Source of the DNA: Scyliorhinus canicula
Taxonomy: Eukaryota
Assembly (NCBI RefSeq): GCF_902713615.1
Contig: NW_024055909.1
Location: 186,001 to 250,000 of the forward strand
Length of the DNA: 64,000 nt
Direction of reading: 5' to 3'
Shown here: positions 1-9,930 of the stretch, piece by piece
How the letters are laid out: each line of letters opens with the position of its first letter
How positions within the stretch are numbered: position 1 is the stretch's first letter
Notes under the pieces: model-generated
What the model was told of the DNA's origin: nothing
What the model saw: the letters and a program-made list of their open reading frames with translations, nothing else
The model's database searches: none
Made by a program: the position numbers and the translations under genes

Positions 1-482
1 CTTAACATTTAAAATACAACAGTCACTTGGGAAAACAATGAACACGGCTCAGGGCTTAACTAAAATGGTTGGCCATAAATAAGGGCCATAAAAAGACAGG
101 AATGAAGGAAGCCTGTTTTTGTATACATTCGGCCTTGGTCCGCAGAACTGTCTGTTTCACAAGAAGAAAGTTTAGACAAAGATGAGATAAGAACTGACTT
201 ATGGCTGCTAGGCTGAGAGGCTTAATGTAAACAATAGTGGCCAAAGTAAGGAAAGCAGATAAGACGGCTGTAAATTAAGATAAGAGCTTGCATCATGGGG
301 TTAAAATGAACATAAAAGGCGGTAAGCCCTGAAGCTTTTTAGATTGCTCCGGACAATCTCAGCTCTGTTTTTCTTATGCTAAGAAAAATAAAGTTCACTG
401 CTTGGAAGATCGCTCCTCAGACTCTCTGTGTTTTAATATTTGAATAGGTACAAACAAATTGTCGTCCTGGGGAACCACGACA
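1..482 (+). repeat. 5' LTR (3' 482 bp of a 753-bp LTR)
   Basis: Matches 9449-9930 at offset 9448; ends ...CGACA; TATA-like CATAAAAG at 311; AATAAA at 387-392. Confidence 0.95.
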
Positions 483-486
483 AAAT

Positions 487-506
487 TGGCGCTGCGGAGC
501 AGGGTT
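487..506 (+). promoter_or_regulatory. Primer binding site, probably tRNA-Ser (TGA/CGA type)
   Basis: TGGCGCTGCGGAGCAGGGTT 4 nt after LTR end; close to the complement of the vertebrate tRNA-Ser 3' end (TGGCGCAGCGAGCAGGGTT). Confidence 0.75.
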
Positions 507-597
507 GGTGAGAGATCGCCCAGAAAAGCATCTGGAAGGAGTGGCGGAGGCGAAGGTTCGACCGGGGCTGGACATCCCAAGCCGGCATTCTGACAGC

Positions 598-606
598 AAG
601 GTAAGC
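598..606 (+). promoter_or_regulatory. Probable major splice donor of the provirus
   Basis: AAG|GTAAGC consensus donor in the leader just downstream of the PBS. Confidence 0.55.
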
Positions 607-1724
607 AGATTTGTATTGCACGTAAATCCTTGTTGTCAGAAAAGGGATCTCGAGGCCCGGCGCACTCAGCTCTTTGCTGGTCTTGAATCTCCCCAACCAC
701 AAAGATATCCTGCGTGATTAAAACCAAATTGGGTAAAATAGTTTTGAGAGACTGAAACTGATCTGAAGAGTAGAGTTTTGCATGCAAAGCGCACTGTGAA
801 TACTGTATTGTCTGTGAGTGGGTAAAAAGGGAGACGGGAAAAAGGCCGAACGCTAAGGTAATGCAATTAGGTTAAGTCAACCGGTTTGGAGCGGGTTTTT
901 CCAGGATACGACTTGCCCAGAAGAGAGTAAGTGTGGGGAAAATCTGCCAGTCCAAACCTACCCAGGACCTCGGGTAAGAGACGTCAACCGAGAGGGAGAG
1001 AGATCAGTGAGAGATCACTCTCTGACCTAATACGGTAGTCAAAAGCATAGGAGGGGAACCTAACCCCGGAGGGGGGGATTAACAGCTAGGATAGAGAAAG
1101 TAAAAGACCAATTTGAACAAACTGGTCTGAGACAGCAGCGTGGAGGACAGAAATAAGAAGGAGAGTCGGAACACAGGTAGGGTAATAACTAACAACGTGG
1201 AAAGGTCACACTGACAAAACCGCCTAGCGGAAAGAGGGGTATAATCGATTGGGAAGGAAGATTAGTTAGGGGATTAAGACGGGATAATAATAAAAACGGA
1301 AGCAACACTGGATTGGGGAAAAATTACACATATAACTAACTTAAAAGAGGTAGAGAACGAGTGGCCGTATGTAAAGTGGGAAAGAATAGCTGATAGGAAT
1401 TGGATAGACGAAATAAACTTGGAAACTCTAGGGAAATTAATAAAGGAATCTGATCGATATAGGGTTTCTATAGACATAGACGAGCACGTAAAAACCTACT
1501 ACCCTCTAGCCCGGGAAAGGAAGATAGAGCCGGGACAGGGGACTACGGGGAAGTGGATATCGAGACCCCGGTTAGAATTACAGATATTGTCAAGGGACAC
1601 CCAAGAGAAAGGTAAACAGGGGACTGAACACGGAAAAACGACACAGCAAGTAATAATCACTGTGACACCTAACTCTGACGGATTAAGAGATAAAAATTGT
1701 GACAGTAATCCGAAAAGACAAGTA

Positions 1725-3905
1725 ATGGCACACCAAATTAAAACACCAGTGGAAACATTAGGGGATAAATTCCCAGCCCTCAGGGGAGACATAGAACACG
1801 TTTCTAAAAAATGGGCCAAAAGAACAAGTAAAACTAATACACCGTGGCCGGAGGAAGGCACATGGTGCGTAGAGAGATGTGAGGACCAGAAGGGAATGAT
1901 AAAGAACTACAAAATAAAAGATAAATCTAAGAAAAGAAAGGAGAAGCGAGAAAAGGAACTAGAGATACTGGCATTGTTTGAAAAGGAAGGGAAAGAAAGG
2001 AGAAGGGCATGGAGGGAAATATGGATGCAAATGCCAGTGCAACTTCAGGAAAAAGCAAAATTAGAAGATCCAAATGTAGCCCCGTCCCCATACTCAGAGG
2101 AACAGGGTTCCACGGGACTGTACCCAGTTATATCAGGCACGATGAATTTTGAGGGAGCATTTGAGACAAAACAGATGACGACGGAGGATTGGGAACAAAG
2201 GGAGCTAGAAAAGAAACAAGGTGTAGAGGAAGAGACGAGGAAAACAGAAGAGGAGTTCGATGAGTTAAGCCGAAGGAGAAAGCAGTTGCAGGACGAAGTA
2301 AATGTAATAGACCTTTTGGAATGGGCAAAAAAGGGAATGGAAAAGGAAAAGGAACGAGAAGAGGAGGGAAAGAATGATAGAAGAAAAGATGAGGGAAAAA
2401 CAAGTCCTGATCCTTGCGAGGGTGAAAGTGAGGCGTCACAGGGAAAAATAGAAGGAAAGAGGGTCAAAGCCAGCAGAAAGGAAAGAGAAAGAAGAAGAAG
2501 CATAGAGGAAACATGTGGGAAAAGGCGCAAAGAGGCAGAAAGACGAGAAAAGGGGGATGTATGGACGTGGAAGCACCCAGTAAGAGTCGAGGAAGAGACG
2601 GAAGGAGAGACAGGAGAAAGTAGTGACAGCGAAGGGGGACAATCAGTGTTAGGAGAACAAAGAAAATCGACGCGGGTAAGACACCAAACTGTAAAGTTTC
2701 CAGAGGTGGAAAAAAGAAAGAAAAAGGTGTTCCCGGTGATTCTGAAAGGTGGCAGAGCACAGTATATCCCTTGGTCAGGTCAGGATTTGCCTAATCTAAT
2801 TAATGAATTACCCAATATTTTGGATGGGGCTGGAAGGTGGATTGGACAGTTGGAAGCAGGAATGGTGGGAAAAAGGATGGCACTGGGTGACATCAAAGCT
2901 CTCCTGACAAAAGTGCTAGGAATGGACCAAATGGCAGAAGTAATGAGACGTGCCGGAATCCAGACCGCAGCTCATGACCCAAACGTAGACGGGACACTAA
3001 TGGACCCGTACCGACAAGACATATGGCAGGCACTAAGGAATATGTACCCCAATCGAATGGATGTAAAAACCCTAAGGGGAGAGCCACTGGGAGAGGAGGA
3101 GAATGCAGCTGTGTATGTGGAAAATCAATTAAAAAGGTGGAAAAGGGACACGGAGAGGGACATTCTAACAGACCCGCTGACCAACTCCATGTTCCGGGCT
3201 GCAATTCTAGAGGGCCTGCCAGTCTCAGCTAAAACAAAACTGGAGGATGTAGTGGGCTTGGACTCAAAAAGTTACCGGGAGTTTGTGGATTATGTTGCCC
3301 ATGCAGTAGAAAGACATCGCAAAGATGAAAAGAATGCAGACAAACAGCTGAAGGAGATACAACGTAAACTCCTTCAGGCACAATTGGAGGAGATCAAAAA
3401 CAAAGATAAGCTAAAGGCAAAAGAAGATCTCACACCCAGAAAAATAGCACCGATGATGGTGGAACAGAAGCCAGGGGAAATACCTGCACTAACAATAGGG
3501 GGAAGCGGAGATGGAGGCCAGCCCATCGTAACCTATAACATTTCTGCCTTCCCACTGCCCATAAACCCAGAAGCCCACAGCCTAAATTATCAAAACCGAT
3601 ACGCCCTACAAAATCAGACTGACTGGAATAAAAATGGGAAAGGACAGGGAGGTGGTAGGCCACCCTTTCAGAATCAGAGAGGACAGGGACAGGTTAATTA
3701 TCAGACTCCGAGACAGGGACCACTGCCTGGCCCTCCAGGTGTGTGCTGGGGGTGCGGGGAGACAGGTCACATAAAAAGGAATTGCCCGCGGAATTCCACC
3801 AGACAGGGAGAAAACCAGCAACAGGCAGGCCAACAGCTGATCCAAGGGTCGCCGAACAGCGTCCCGATGTTTCAAGGGCCGGGGAACCATCAGAGTTTCG
3901 CATAG
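1725..3905 (+). CDS. gag: Gag polyprotein (first ATG 1725; frame open from 1278)
   Basis: MAHQIKTP...WPEEGTW matrix-like motif, charged linker, capsid-like region, CWGCGETGHIKRNC zinc knuckle, TAG at 3903-3905. Confidence 0.9.
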   Translation: MAHQIKTPVETLGDKFPALRGDIEHVSKKWAKRTSKTNTPWPEEGTWCVERCEDQKGMIKNYKIKDKSKKRKEKREKELEILALFEKEGKERRRAWREIWMQMPVQLQEKAKLEDPNVAPSPYSEEQGSTGLYPVISGTMNFEGAFETKQMTTEDWEQRELEKKQGVEEETRKTEEEFDELSRRRKQLQDEVNVIDLLEWAKKGMEKEKEREEEGKNDRRKDEGKTSPDPCEGESEASQGKIEGKRVKASRKERERRRSIEETCGKRRKEAERREKGDVWTWKHPVRVEEETEGETGESSDSEGGQSVLGEQRKSTRVRHQTVKFPEVEKRKKKVFPVILKGGRAQYIPWSGQDLPNLINELPNILDGAGRWIGQLEAGMVGKRMALGDIKALLTKVLGMDQMAEVMRRAGIQTAAHDPNVDGTLMDPYRQDIWQALRNMYPNRMDVKTLRGEPLGEEENAAVYVENQLKRWKRDTERDILTDPLTNSMFRAAILEGLPVSAKTKLEDVVGLDSKSYREFVDYVAHAVERHRKDEKNADKQLKEIQRKLLQAQLEEIKNKDKLKAKEDLTPRKIAPMMVEQKPGEIPALTIGGSGDGGQPIVTYNISAFPLPINPEAHSLNYQNRYALQNQTDWNKNGKGQGGGRPPFQNQRGQGQVNYQTPRQGPLPGPPGVCWGCGETGHIKRNCPRNSTRQGENQQQAGQQLIQGSPNSVPMFQGPGNHQSFA

Positions 3906-6900
3906 AGAGGCCCAGAGAACCCCGAAATGGTAGGACAGTACGTACAAATAACAGAAACCGCAGAGCAGGAACCTATAGTTAATGCTAGAGTAGGCGGGAT
4001 CGAGGTCCCCATGATGATAGACACCGGTGCCACCTGTACGTGCATACAAACGAAATATGCGGATCACCTACCATTGTCAAACCGGTTTGTAAAAACTGTG
4101 GGGTTCTCGGGGAAAATAACACTAGCTCAAATGACGATGCCGGTGCCTATTACCATTGGAAATAAAACTACCCATGTACCTATTTTAGTATATGATAAAA
4201 CTCCTTTAAATCTATTGGGAAGGGACGCAATCCTAGGTCTGGGACTGAAATTAGAATGTACCGAACAAGGAATTGATTTGATGGGAATGTATTCACTTGA
4301 GGTACCAGGAAAGGAAGGGGTTAATGTATATTGGCTGGGCGATATAGAGGAACAAATTAAAAAACAGATCTGGACAGTCTGGGGAAAACTTATAGACACT
4401 TGGGTTCCACAAGCCAAGTGGCCGAGAACAGAATTACATAGTACAATGATATTTGATGAAGGACAGGCACCTGAAATACAAGAGAAATGGGAAAAGGAGG
4501 CAGGACGAGAACAGGAAATAAAGTCAGGAAGTATTTTAATTGGACTAGAGGGAGTGGCCCTCGCAATCGTTAGGAATGAATGGATTGACAAATGGTTCTC
4601 TGTACCTGGGGCGGAGCCACATGTCACATTGAAAGTTAATCCGGGATATAGATCAAAGGACCTAGGACCCATGGTGTTAAGAGCGCAAGACTTAGAATTT
4701 GTACAGACAGACAGTGCGGATATTTGGACGTCCAGCGATGGACAAATGACGAAAATAATTTTGGATGTTAGGATGCTTGGGACATCAAAGCAGATAACAA
4801 TAGGAGTGCGAAGTGAGAAACAGGAGCGGGAATGGAGAGAGAGCTTAGAGCAGGATTTGAATTCCCTCCCACAGGAGTTGTGGTCCAGACAGGACACGGA
4901 TGTAGGGAGGGTTAAAAACGCTAATCCAGTTGAAGTCAGATTAAAGACAGGACGCCAGGGGCCCTATAGACCACAATACCCAATCAAGACAGAAGCAATT
5001 GAAGGAATTAGAGAAACGATTAAGGGATTGATAGAAGCAGGGGTATTAAAGGAAACCCGGAGTAGGTGTAATACCCCGCTCCTACCAGTAAAGAAGGCGG
5101 ACGGAGAAAAATGGAGATTGGTGCATGACCTAAGGGCAATTAATGAGGTAGTGGAAGATATGCCCGTAGAAGTTCCAAACCCTTACACCTTGCTGACAAA
5201 TATACCACCTGAAAGTAGATGGTTTACTGTAATCGACCTATGTTCAGCATTTTTTAGTGTGCCACTAGCTCCAGAAAGTCAGTATCTCTTTGCATTTACG
5301 TACGAGGGGAAACAATACACATACAATAGAATGCCCCAAGGATTTAAACATTCCCCACATGTATTCAATCAGGTGTTGAAAGCAGATTTAGAAGGAATAC
5401 AGTTGGAAGGAACACTGCTACAATATGTGGATGATTTATTATTATGCACAGAGACACAAGAACAATGCAGGAAGGATAGTTTAAAACTTTTGAAAAGACT
5501 AGCAGAGGGGGGTCATAAAGTATCCTGGAAGAAGCTGCAGCTGTGCCAGAGACAGGTAGAATACTTGGGGAGAGAAATATCAGCAGGACAGAAGGGGATA
5601 GCTCCACAGCAAATAGAAGCAGTACTGAAAATTCCGAAGCCACAGACGGTGGGACAAATGATGACATTTTTGGGAATGACAGGCTTCAGTTCAGAATGGG
5701 TGGAAAACTATGCAGAAAAAACGCAGGCCCTACGAAAGATAATGAAGGAAGCAGGGTGTGACGAATTAAAAGCCAAACTAAAATGGGACAAAGATGCGCT
5801 AGAAGCATTTGAGAATATAAAGAGTGAAATGGCACAGGCACCAGCATTGGCTTTACCGACCTATGACAAGCCCTTTGATTTATTTGTGAGTAACAGAGAA
5901 GCAGGATTTGCTACAGCAGTGTTAACACAGGAAAGTTGCAAGGGAAGGCGAAGGCAGACTGTAGCATATTATAGTACCAAGCTAGATGACGTAGCAATGG
6001 GATACCCGCCGTGTTATCAAGGCCTGGCAGCAGCTTGGTGGGCGTACGAAAAGGCAGCTACGGTCACAATGGGATATCCGATAAAAATACATGTATACCA
6101 TAAAATAGCTGAATTGATTGAAAAAGGGAAGTTTGTTCTGACGCCGGCTAGAATTCACCATTTTCAAATGCTGACCACATTCCCGGACATTACGATAGTA
6201 AAGTGCAATAGGGCCAACCCAGCTGACTATAGGCCATTGCCACATGAGGGAGAGGAGCATGAGTGTGTGAGAGAGACAAGAGCGTTTGTGAAACTGAGGA
6301 AAGATCTGAAGGCAGATAAGTTAAACACAGAAGAAAAGAGAACGTTGTATGTTGATGGCTCGTGCCATAGGGATCATAGGGGAAATCATGCTGGCTATGC
6401 AGTAGTTGAACAGAAAGGGAAAACATTTGAGGTAGTGGAGGCAAACGAATGTGAGCAGCCATGCTCAGCCCAGTTAGCGGAGCTTGAAGCACTGACAAGA
6501 GCATGTGAATTAGCAAACGGGGAAGCAGTGGAAATTTATACTGATTCAGCCTATGCCCACGGGGTTTGTCACCTTTTTGGGGCAATATGGAAGCAAAGGG
6601 GATTTATGAAAAGCGGAGGAGGACCAATTCAACACGAAGTTCAAATCAGGGCTTTAATAAGGGCTATGATGGGCCCAAGGGAATTAGCCATAATTAAGTG
6701 TCAGGCGCATAAAAAGGGAACAGATAACATCACACAGGGAAATACCAAAGCTGACAAGGCGGCTAAAGAAGCATCAGGATACATTGAGGCTACGATAGCC
6801 CCAGTAGAAATAGCAAGGCCGCACCCAGGGCCAGGTGTGGGGAATATCGAACCTCAAATCACATTAGAAGATGTGGCACAATTACAGGAAGAAGCCCCTG

Positions 6901-8279
6901 TAGCAGAAAAAACAATGTGGAGAGAGAGAGGAGCATTACAGGGACAACATGACAAAATATGGAGAAATGGGGAAGGGTTGATCATAGCACCCACATCATT
7001 ACTAACCGTACTAATTAGTGAAGCACACGGGGTGGATCACTGTGCGAGAGGAGAAGTGGCTAGGAAGATTAAGAAAGAAGGATTCTGGTCACCATACCTG
7101 CAGAACTCAATTAACTACATACTGGGTCTGTGTGAGGTGTGTGCTCAGAATAATATCAGGAAAGGCATTACTGCCCCAATAGGGCACATACCCATTCCAG
7201 AAGGGCCGTTTAAACATCTATGCATGGACTATGTGGATATGGGAAAGGTGGTAAGAGGAAAAAGATACATGTTAGTGATTATTGATAGATTCCGCAGATG
7301 GATAGAAGCAACGCCATCCAAAGATCAAGGATCTGGAACGGTAATTAACTTCCTGTCAAAAGAAATTATCCCAAGATTTGGCATACCCATGCAATTAAGT
7401 TCAGACAATGGATCTGCTTTTATAGGGAGGGCACTGAGAGAGACACTCTCAGCACTCCGTATAAAGCAGAGGTTTGGATGTGTGTATCATCCTCAATCCC
7501 AAGGAATGGTGGAGAGAGCAAACGGAACCCTCAAGGCTAAAATAAGCAAAATTTGTAGTGAGACAGGAAAAAACTGGATAGATGCTCTGCCATTGGCTTT
7601 AATGCAGTACAGGAGTCAGGAAAACAGAATCACACATTTAAGCCCGCATGAGATGATGACAGGAAGAGTAATGCCGGTGCCAAAGATCGGGGGAACAGGG
7701 GGCCCCACATTGGAGTGTTTAGATCAGGATGCAAGAGAGTATGTACGACAATTAACTTTTATACATAGAACTATTTTTGAACAGGAAAAGGCCAAGGAGG
7801 AGGAGAGCCCTGCCACGGAACACCAGATCACACCGGGAGATCAAGTATACATCAGAAAGTTCCGGAGACGTTGGCATGAACCCAGACGAGAAGGGCCGTT
7901 TGAAGTCACCAGAGTATCTCCCACGGCGTTGCAAGTAGAAGGCAGTACACTGTGGTATCACTTGAACCATTGTACCAGAACGGTACCTGGGGTAGGGGAG
8001 AGAAGGGAGACTGAAGTTAGAGGTAGGGTGGATAGAAGTAGCAGCGAGGAAGAGATAGCACTACACGAGGATAATCGTGAGGGGGAGGAGCAGAGCCAAA
8101 GTACAGCAGAAATAATAAATGATGATGAGAGTGGTTCTGTGCATGAGCTGGCTGATGATACAAATGCCCAGCTTCAGCCTGTTAGTCACGGTGCCGAGGG
8201 AGGTGAGGACGGGGAAAGGGCCTCGTTCCCCACATGGGACTTGGAAACTGTTTCCCTGGGGGACTTCCTTGACCCGTAA
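3906..8279 (+). CDS. pol: Pol (protease, 2H-like insert, RT, RNase H, integrase), in frame with gag via TAG read-through
   Basis: IDTGA at 4020, YVDD at 5424-5435, LYVDGS and YTDS RNase H motifs, HHCC zinc finger, D..SDNG..PQSQGMVER integrase core; no internal stops. Confidence 0.95.
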   Translation, partial: RGPENPEMVGQYVQITETAEQEPIVNARVGGIEVPMMIDTGATCTCIQTKYADHLPLSNRFVKTVGFSGKITLAQMTMPVPITIGNKTTHVPILVYDKTPLNLLGRDAILGLGLKLECTEQGIDLMGMYSLEVPGKEGVNVYWLGDIEEQIKKQIWTVWGKLIDTWVPQAKWPRTELHSTMIFDEGQAPEIQEKWEKEAGREQEIKSGSILIGLEGVALAIVRNEWIDKWFSVPGAEPHVTLKVNPGYRSKDLGPMVLRAQDLEFVQTDSADIWTSSDGQMTKIILDVRMLGTSKQITIGVRSEKQEREWRESLEQDLNSLPQELWSRQDTDVGRVKNANPVEVRLKTGRQGPYRPQYPIKTEAIEGIRETIKGLIEAGVLKETRSRCNTPLLPVKKADGEKWRLVHDLRAINEVVEDMPVEVPNPYTLLTNIPPESRWFTVIDLCSAFFSVPLAPESQYLFAFTYEGKQYTYNRMPQGFKHSPHVFNQVLKADLEGIQLEGTLLQYVDDLLLCTETQEQCRKDSLKLLKRLAEGGHKVSWKKLQLCQRQVEYLGREISAGQKGIAPQQIEAVLKIPKPQTVGQMMTFLGMTGFSSEWVENYAEKTQALRKIMKEAGCDELKAKLKWDKDALEAFENIKSEMAQAPALALPTYDKPFDLFVSNREAGFATAVLTQESCKGRRRQTVAYYSTKLDDVAMGYPPCYQGLAAAWWAYEKAATVTMGYPIKIHVYHKIAELIEKGKFVLTPARIHHFQMLTTFPDITIVKCNRANPADYRPLPHEGEEHECVRETRAFVKLRKDLKADKLNTEEKRTLYVDGSCHRDHRGNHAGYAVVEQKGKTFEVVEANECEQPCSAQLAELEALTRACELANGEAVEIYTDSAYAHGVCHLFGAIWKQRGFMKSGGGPIQHEVQIRALIRAMMGPRELAIIKCQAHKKGTDNITQGNTKADKAAKEASGYIEATIAPVEIARPHPGPGVGNIEPQITLEDVAQLQEEAPVAEKTMWRERGALQGQHDKIWRNGEGLIIAPTSLLTVLISEAHGVDHCARGEVARKIKKEGFWSPYLQNSINYILGLCEVCAQNNIRKGITAPIGHIPIPEGPFKHLCMDYVDMGKVVRGKRYMLVIIDRFRRWIEATPSKDQGSGTVINFLSKEIIPRFGIPMQLSSDNGSAFIGRALRETLSALRIKQRFGCVYHPQSQGMVERANGTLKAKISKICSETGKNWIDALPLALMQYRSQENRITHLSPHEMMTGRVMPVPKIGGTGGPTLECLDQDAREYVRQLTFIHRTIFEQEKAKEEESPATEHQITPGDQVYIRKFRRRWHEPRREGPFEVTRVSPTALQVEGSTLWYHLNHCTRTVPGVGERRETEVRGRVDRSSSEEEIALHEDNREGEEQSQSTAEIINDDESGSVHELADDTNAQLQPVSHGAEGGEDGERASFPTWDLETVSLGDFLDP

Positions 8280-8820
8280 CAAGGGAAAGCGGGATGCAGA
8301 TGATATAGGGGTGCGGAATCAGGAAGGTAGAGTATTAAGACAAACAAGACGTAGGCGATCAGTGAGTACGGATACTATTTGGGAGAAAGGAGGGGTCTGT
8401 GTTATGTTTGGAGATCAGTGTTGCACATTTATCCCTAACAACACTGATCCAGAGGGGTCGTTTACACGGGCCATGAATAAGTTGAAGAATCTTAGGGCAG
8501 AAGTGAAAGAAAATGCTGGGTTTGGGCATGAAGCCTGGAATTGGTTGGATAGGATGTTTGGAAGATGGGGGGCATGGTTTGCCAAAGCTGGAGCTGTAGC
8601 AATCATAATCATAACCGTTCTAGGACTCATATTTTGTTGTTTTTTACCCGCCCTGAGATCCTTCCTTACCAGAGTTGCAACACGGCAGATGATGGTTACA
8701 AGCAGCTCACGCTCGCGAGGAAAAACAGAGGAACGGGAAAACCTTGAGCTGCCTCCGATGAGCGGATTCACCATGACCCTGGTCGAGATGGAAACTCGTC
8801 ACTCTGTGAAAGGACTATAA
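8119..8820 (+). CDS. env: Internally deleted envelope (mini-env) overlapping the pol 3' end
   Basis: Hydrophobic N-terminus, RRRR|S furin-like site, EKGGVCVMFGDQCC (CX6CC), TM anchor AGAVAIIIITVLGLIFCCFL; SU, fusion peptide and ISD missing. Confidence 0.85.
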   Translation: MMMRVVLCMSWLMIQMPSFSLLVTVPREVRTGKGPRSPHGTWKLFPWGTSLTRNKGKRDADDIGVRNQEGRVLRQTRRRRSVSTDTIWEKGGVCVMFGDQCCTFIPNNTDPEGSFTRAMNKLKNLRAEVKENAGFGHEAWNWLDRMFGRWGAWFAKAGAVAIIIITVLGLIFCCFLPALRSFLTRVATRQMMVTSSSRSRGKTEERENLELPPMSGFTMTLVEMETRHSVKGL

Positions 8821-9166
8821 TAATGGACGATTGCTTTGTACCAACAACAGCACCTGACTGAAATTCGCAAAAGACTTGGAGAACTTAGTCTGTACACAGG
8901 AATCAGTCTTTTTTCCTTCCCTTGACAAGGGTGGGAAGGTTTTTGGCTGATGGCTGTTAGGAGCAAGCAATCTGGGGGAGCGACCCGAGAATTCGAATCT
9001 GGATAGATGAATTATGATAAAGAAGAATTAGGGGCGTTGTTCCCTGACCAAAGTATTCGGCTCCTCCACATTGCCTGCAAAAAGTGTTTAAAATAAATTG
9101 TACATGGGATCCAGTAAGGGGATTATTTGAGCTTGGTAATTTGTGTGAGGCTAGGGAATAGCCTCA

Positions 9167-9175
9167 AAGGGGGGA
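9167..9175 (+). promoter_or_regulatory. Polypurine tract
   Basis: AAAGGGGGGA immediately before the TG start of the 3' LTR. Confidence 0.85.
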
Positions 9176-9177
9176 CA

Positions 9178-9930
9178 TGTAAGGGAATTTGTACTGGATA
9201 TTGTATGAGTTAGGTACCAAGTTTAGAATCATAGGTTTTAGTGAAATGATAAAGTAGATTTAGGTGAGTATTGAGATGAGTGTGTAACCCAGGGTAACTT
9301 TGTGTGACCTAATGTAATCAAGTATAGCTAATGTAATCAAGTATAGCTAATGTAATCAAGTATAGCTAAGGTAATCAAGTATAGCTAATGTAATCAAGTA
9401 TAGTTAATATGATTAAAGCAGAAGACCCAGAAAAAGAGTATAGCTTTACTTAACATTTAAAATACAACAGTCACTTGGGAAAACAATGAACACGGCTCAG
9501 GGCTTAACTAAAATGGTTGGCCATAAATAAGGGCCATAAAAAGACAGGAATGAAGGAAGCCTGTTTTTGTATACATTCGGCCTTGGTCCGCAGAACTGTC
9601 TGTTTCACAAGAAGAAAGTTTAGACAAAGATGAGATAAGAACTGACTTATGGCTGCTAGGCTGAGAGGCTTAATGTAAACAATAGTGGCCAAAGTAAGGA
9701 AAGCAGATAAGACGGCTGTAAATTAAGATAAGAGCTTGCATCATGGGGTTAAAATGAACATAAAAGGCGGTAAGCCCTGAAGCTTTTTAGATTGCTCCGG
9801 ACAATCTCAGCTCTGTTTTTCTTATGCTAAGAAAAATAAAGTTCACTGCTTGGAAGATCGCTCCTCAGACTCTCTGTGTTTTAATATTTGAATAGGTACA
9901 AACAAATTGTCGTCCTGGGGAACCACGACA
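9178..9930 (+). repeat. 3' LTR, 753 bp, TG...CA
   Basis: Starts TGTAAGGG after PPT, ends CGACA; matches 1-482. Confidence 0.95.
9310..9404 (+). repeat. 5 x 19-bp tandem repeat in U3 (TAATGTAATCAAGTATAGC)
   Basis: Read directly; copies 4 and 5 each have one substitution. Confidence 0.95.

Larger units (their letters stand above)
1..9930 (+). mobile_element. Endogenous retrovirus provirus (fish-type, gamma/epsilon-like; resembles the ZFERV/SSSV group), 5' LTR truncated by window edge
   Basis: LTR-PBS-gag-pol-env remnant-PPT-LTR order; YVDD RT; CCHC knuckle; CX6CC env TM motif; TAG read-through junction. Confidence 0.95.

Noticed and set aside
8821-9096. Accessory ORF after env
   Set aside because: The env frame continues after TAA TAA but has two further stops, no good ATG and no recognisable motif.
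9310-9404. Direct repeat array as CRISPR
   Set aside because: No spacers, eukaryotic context, lies in a retroviral U3.
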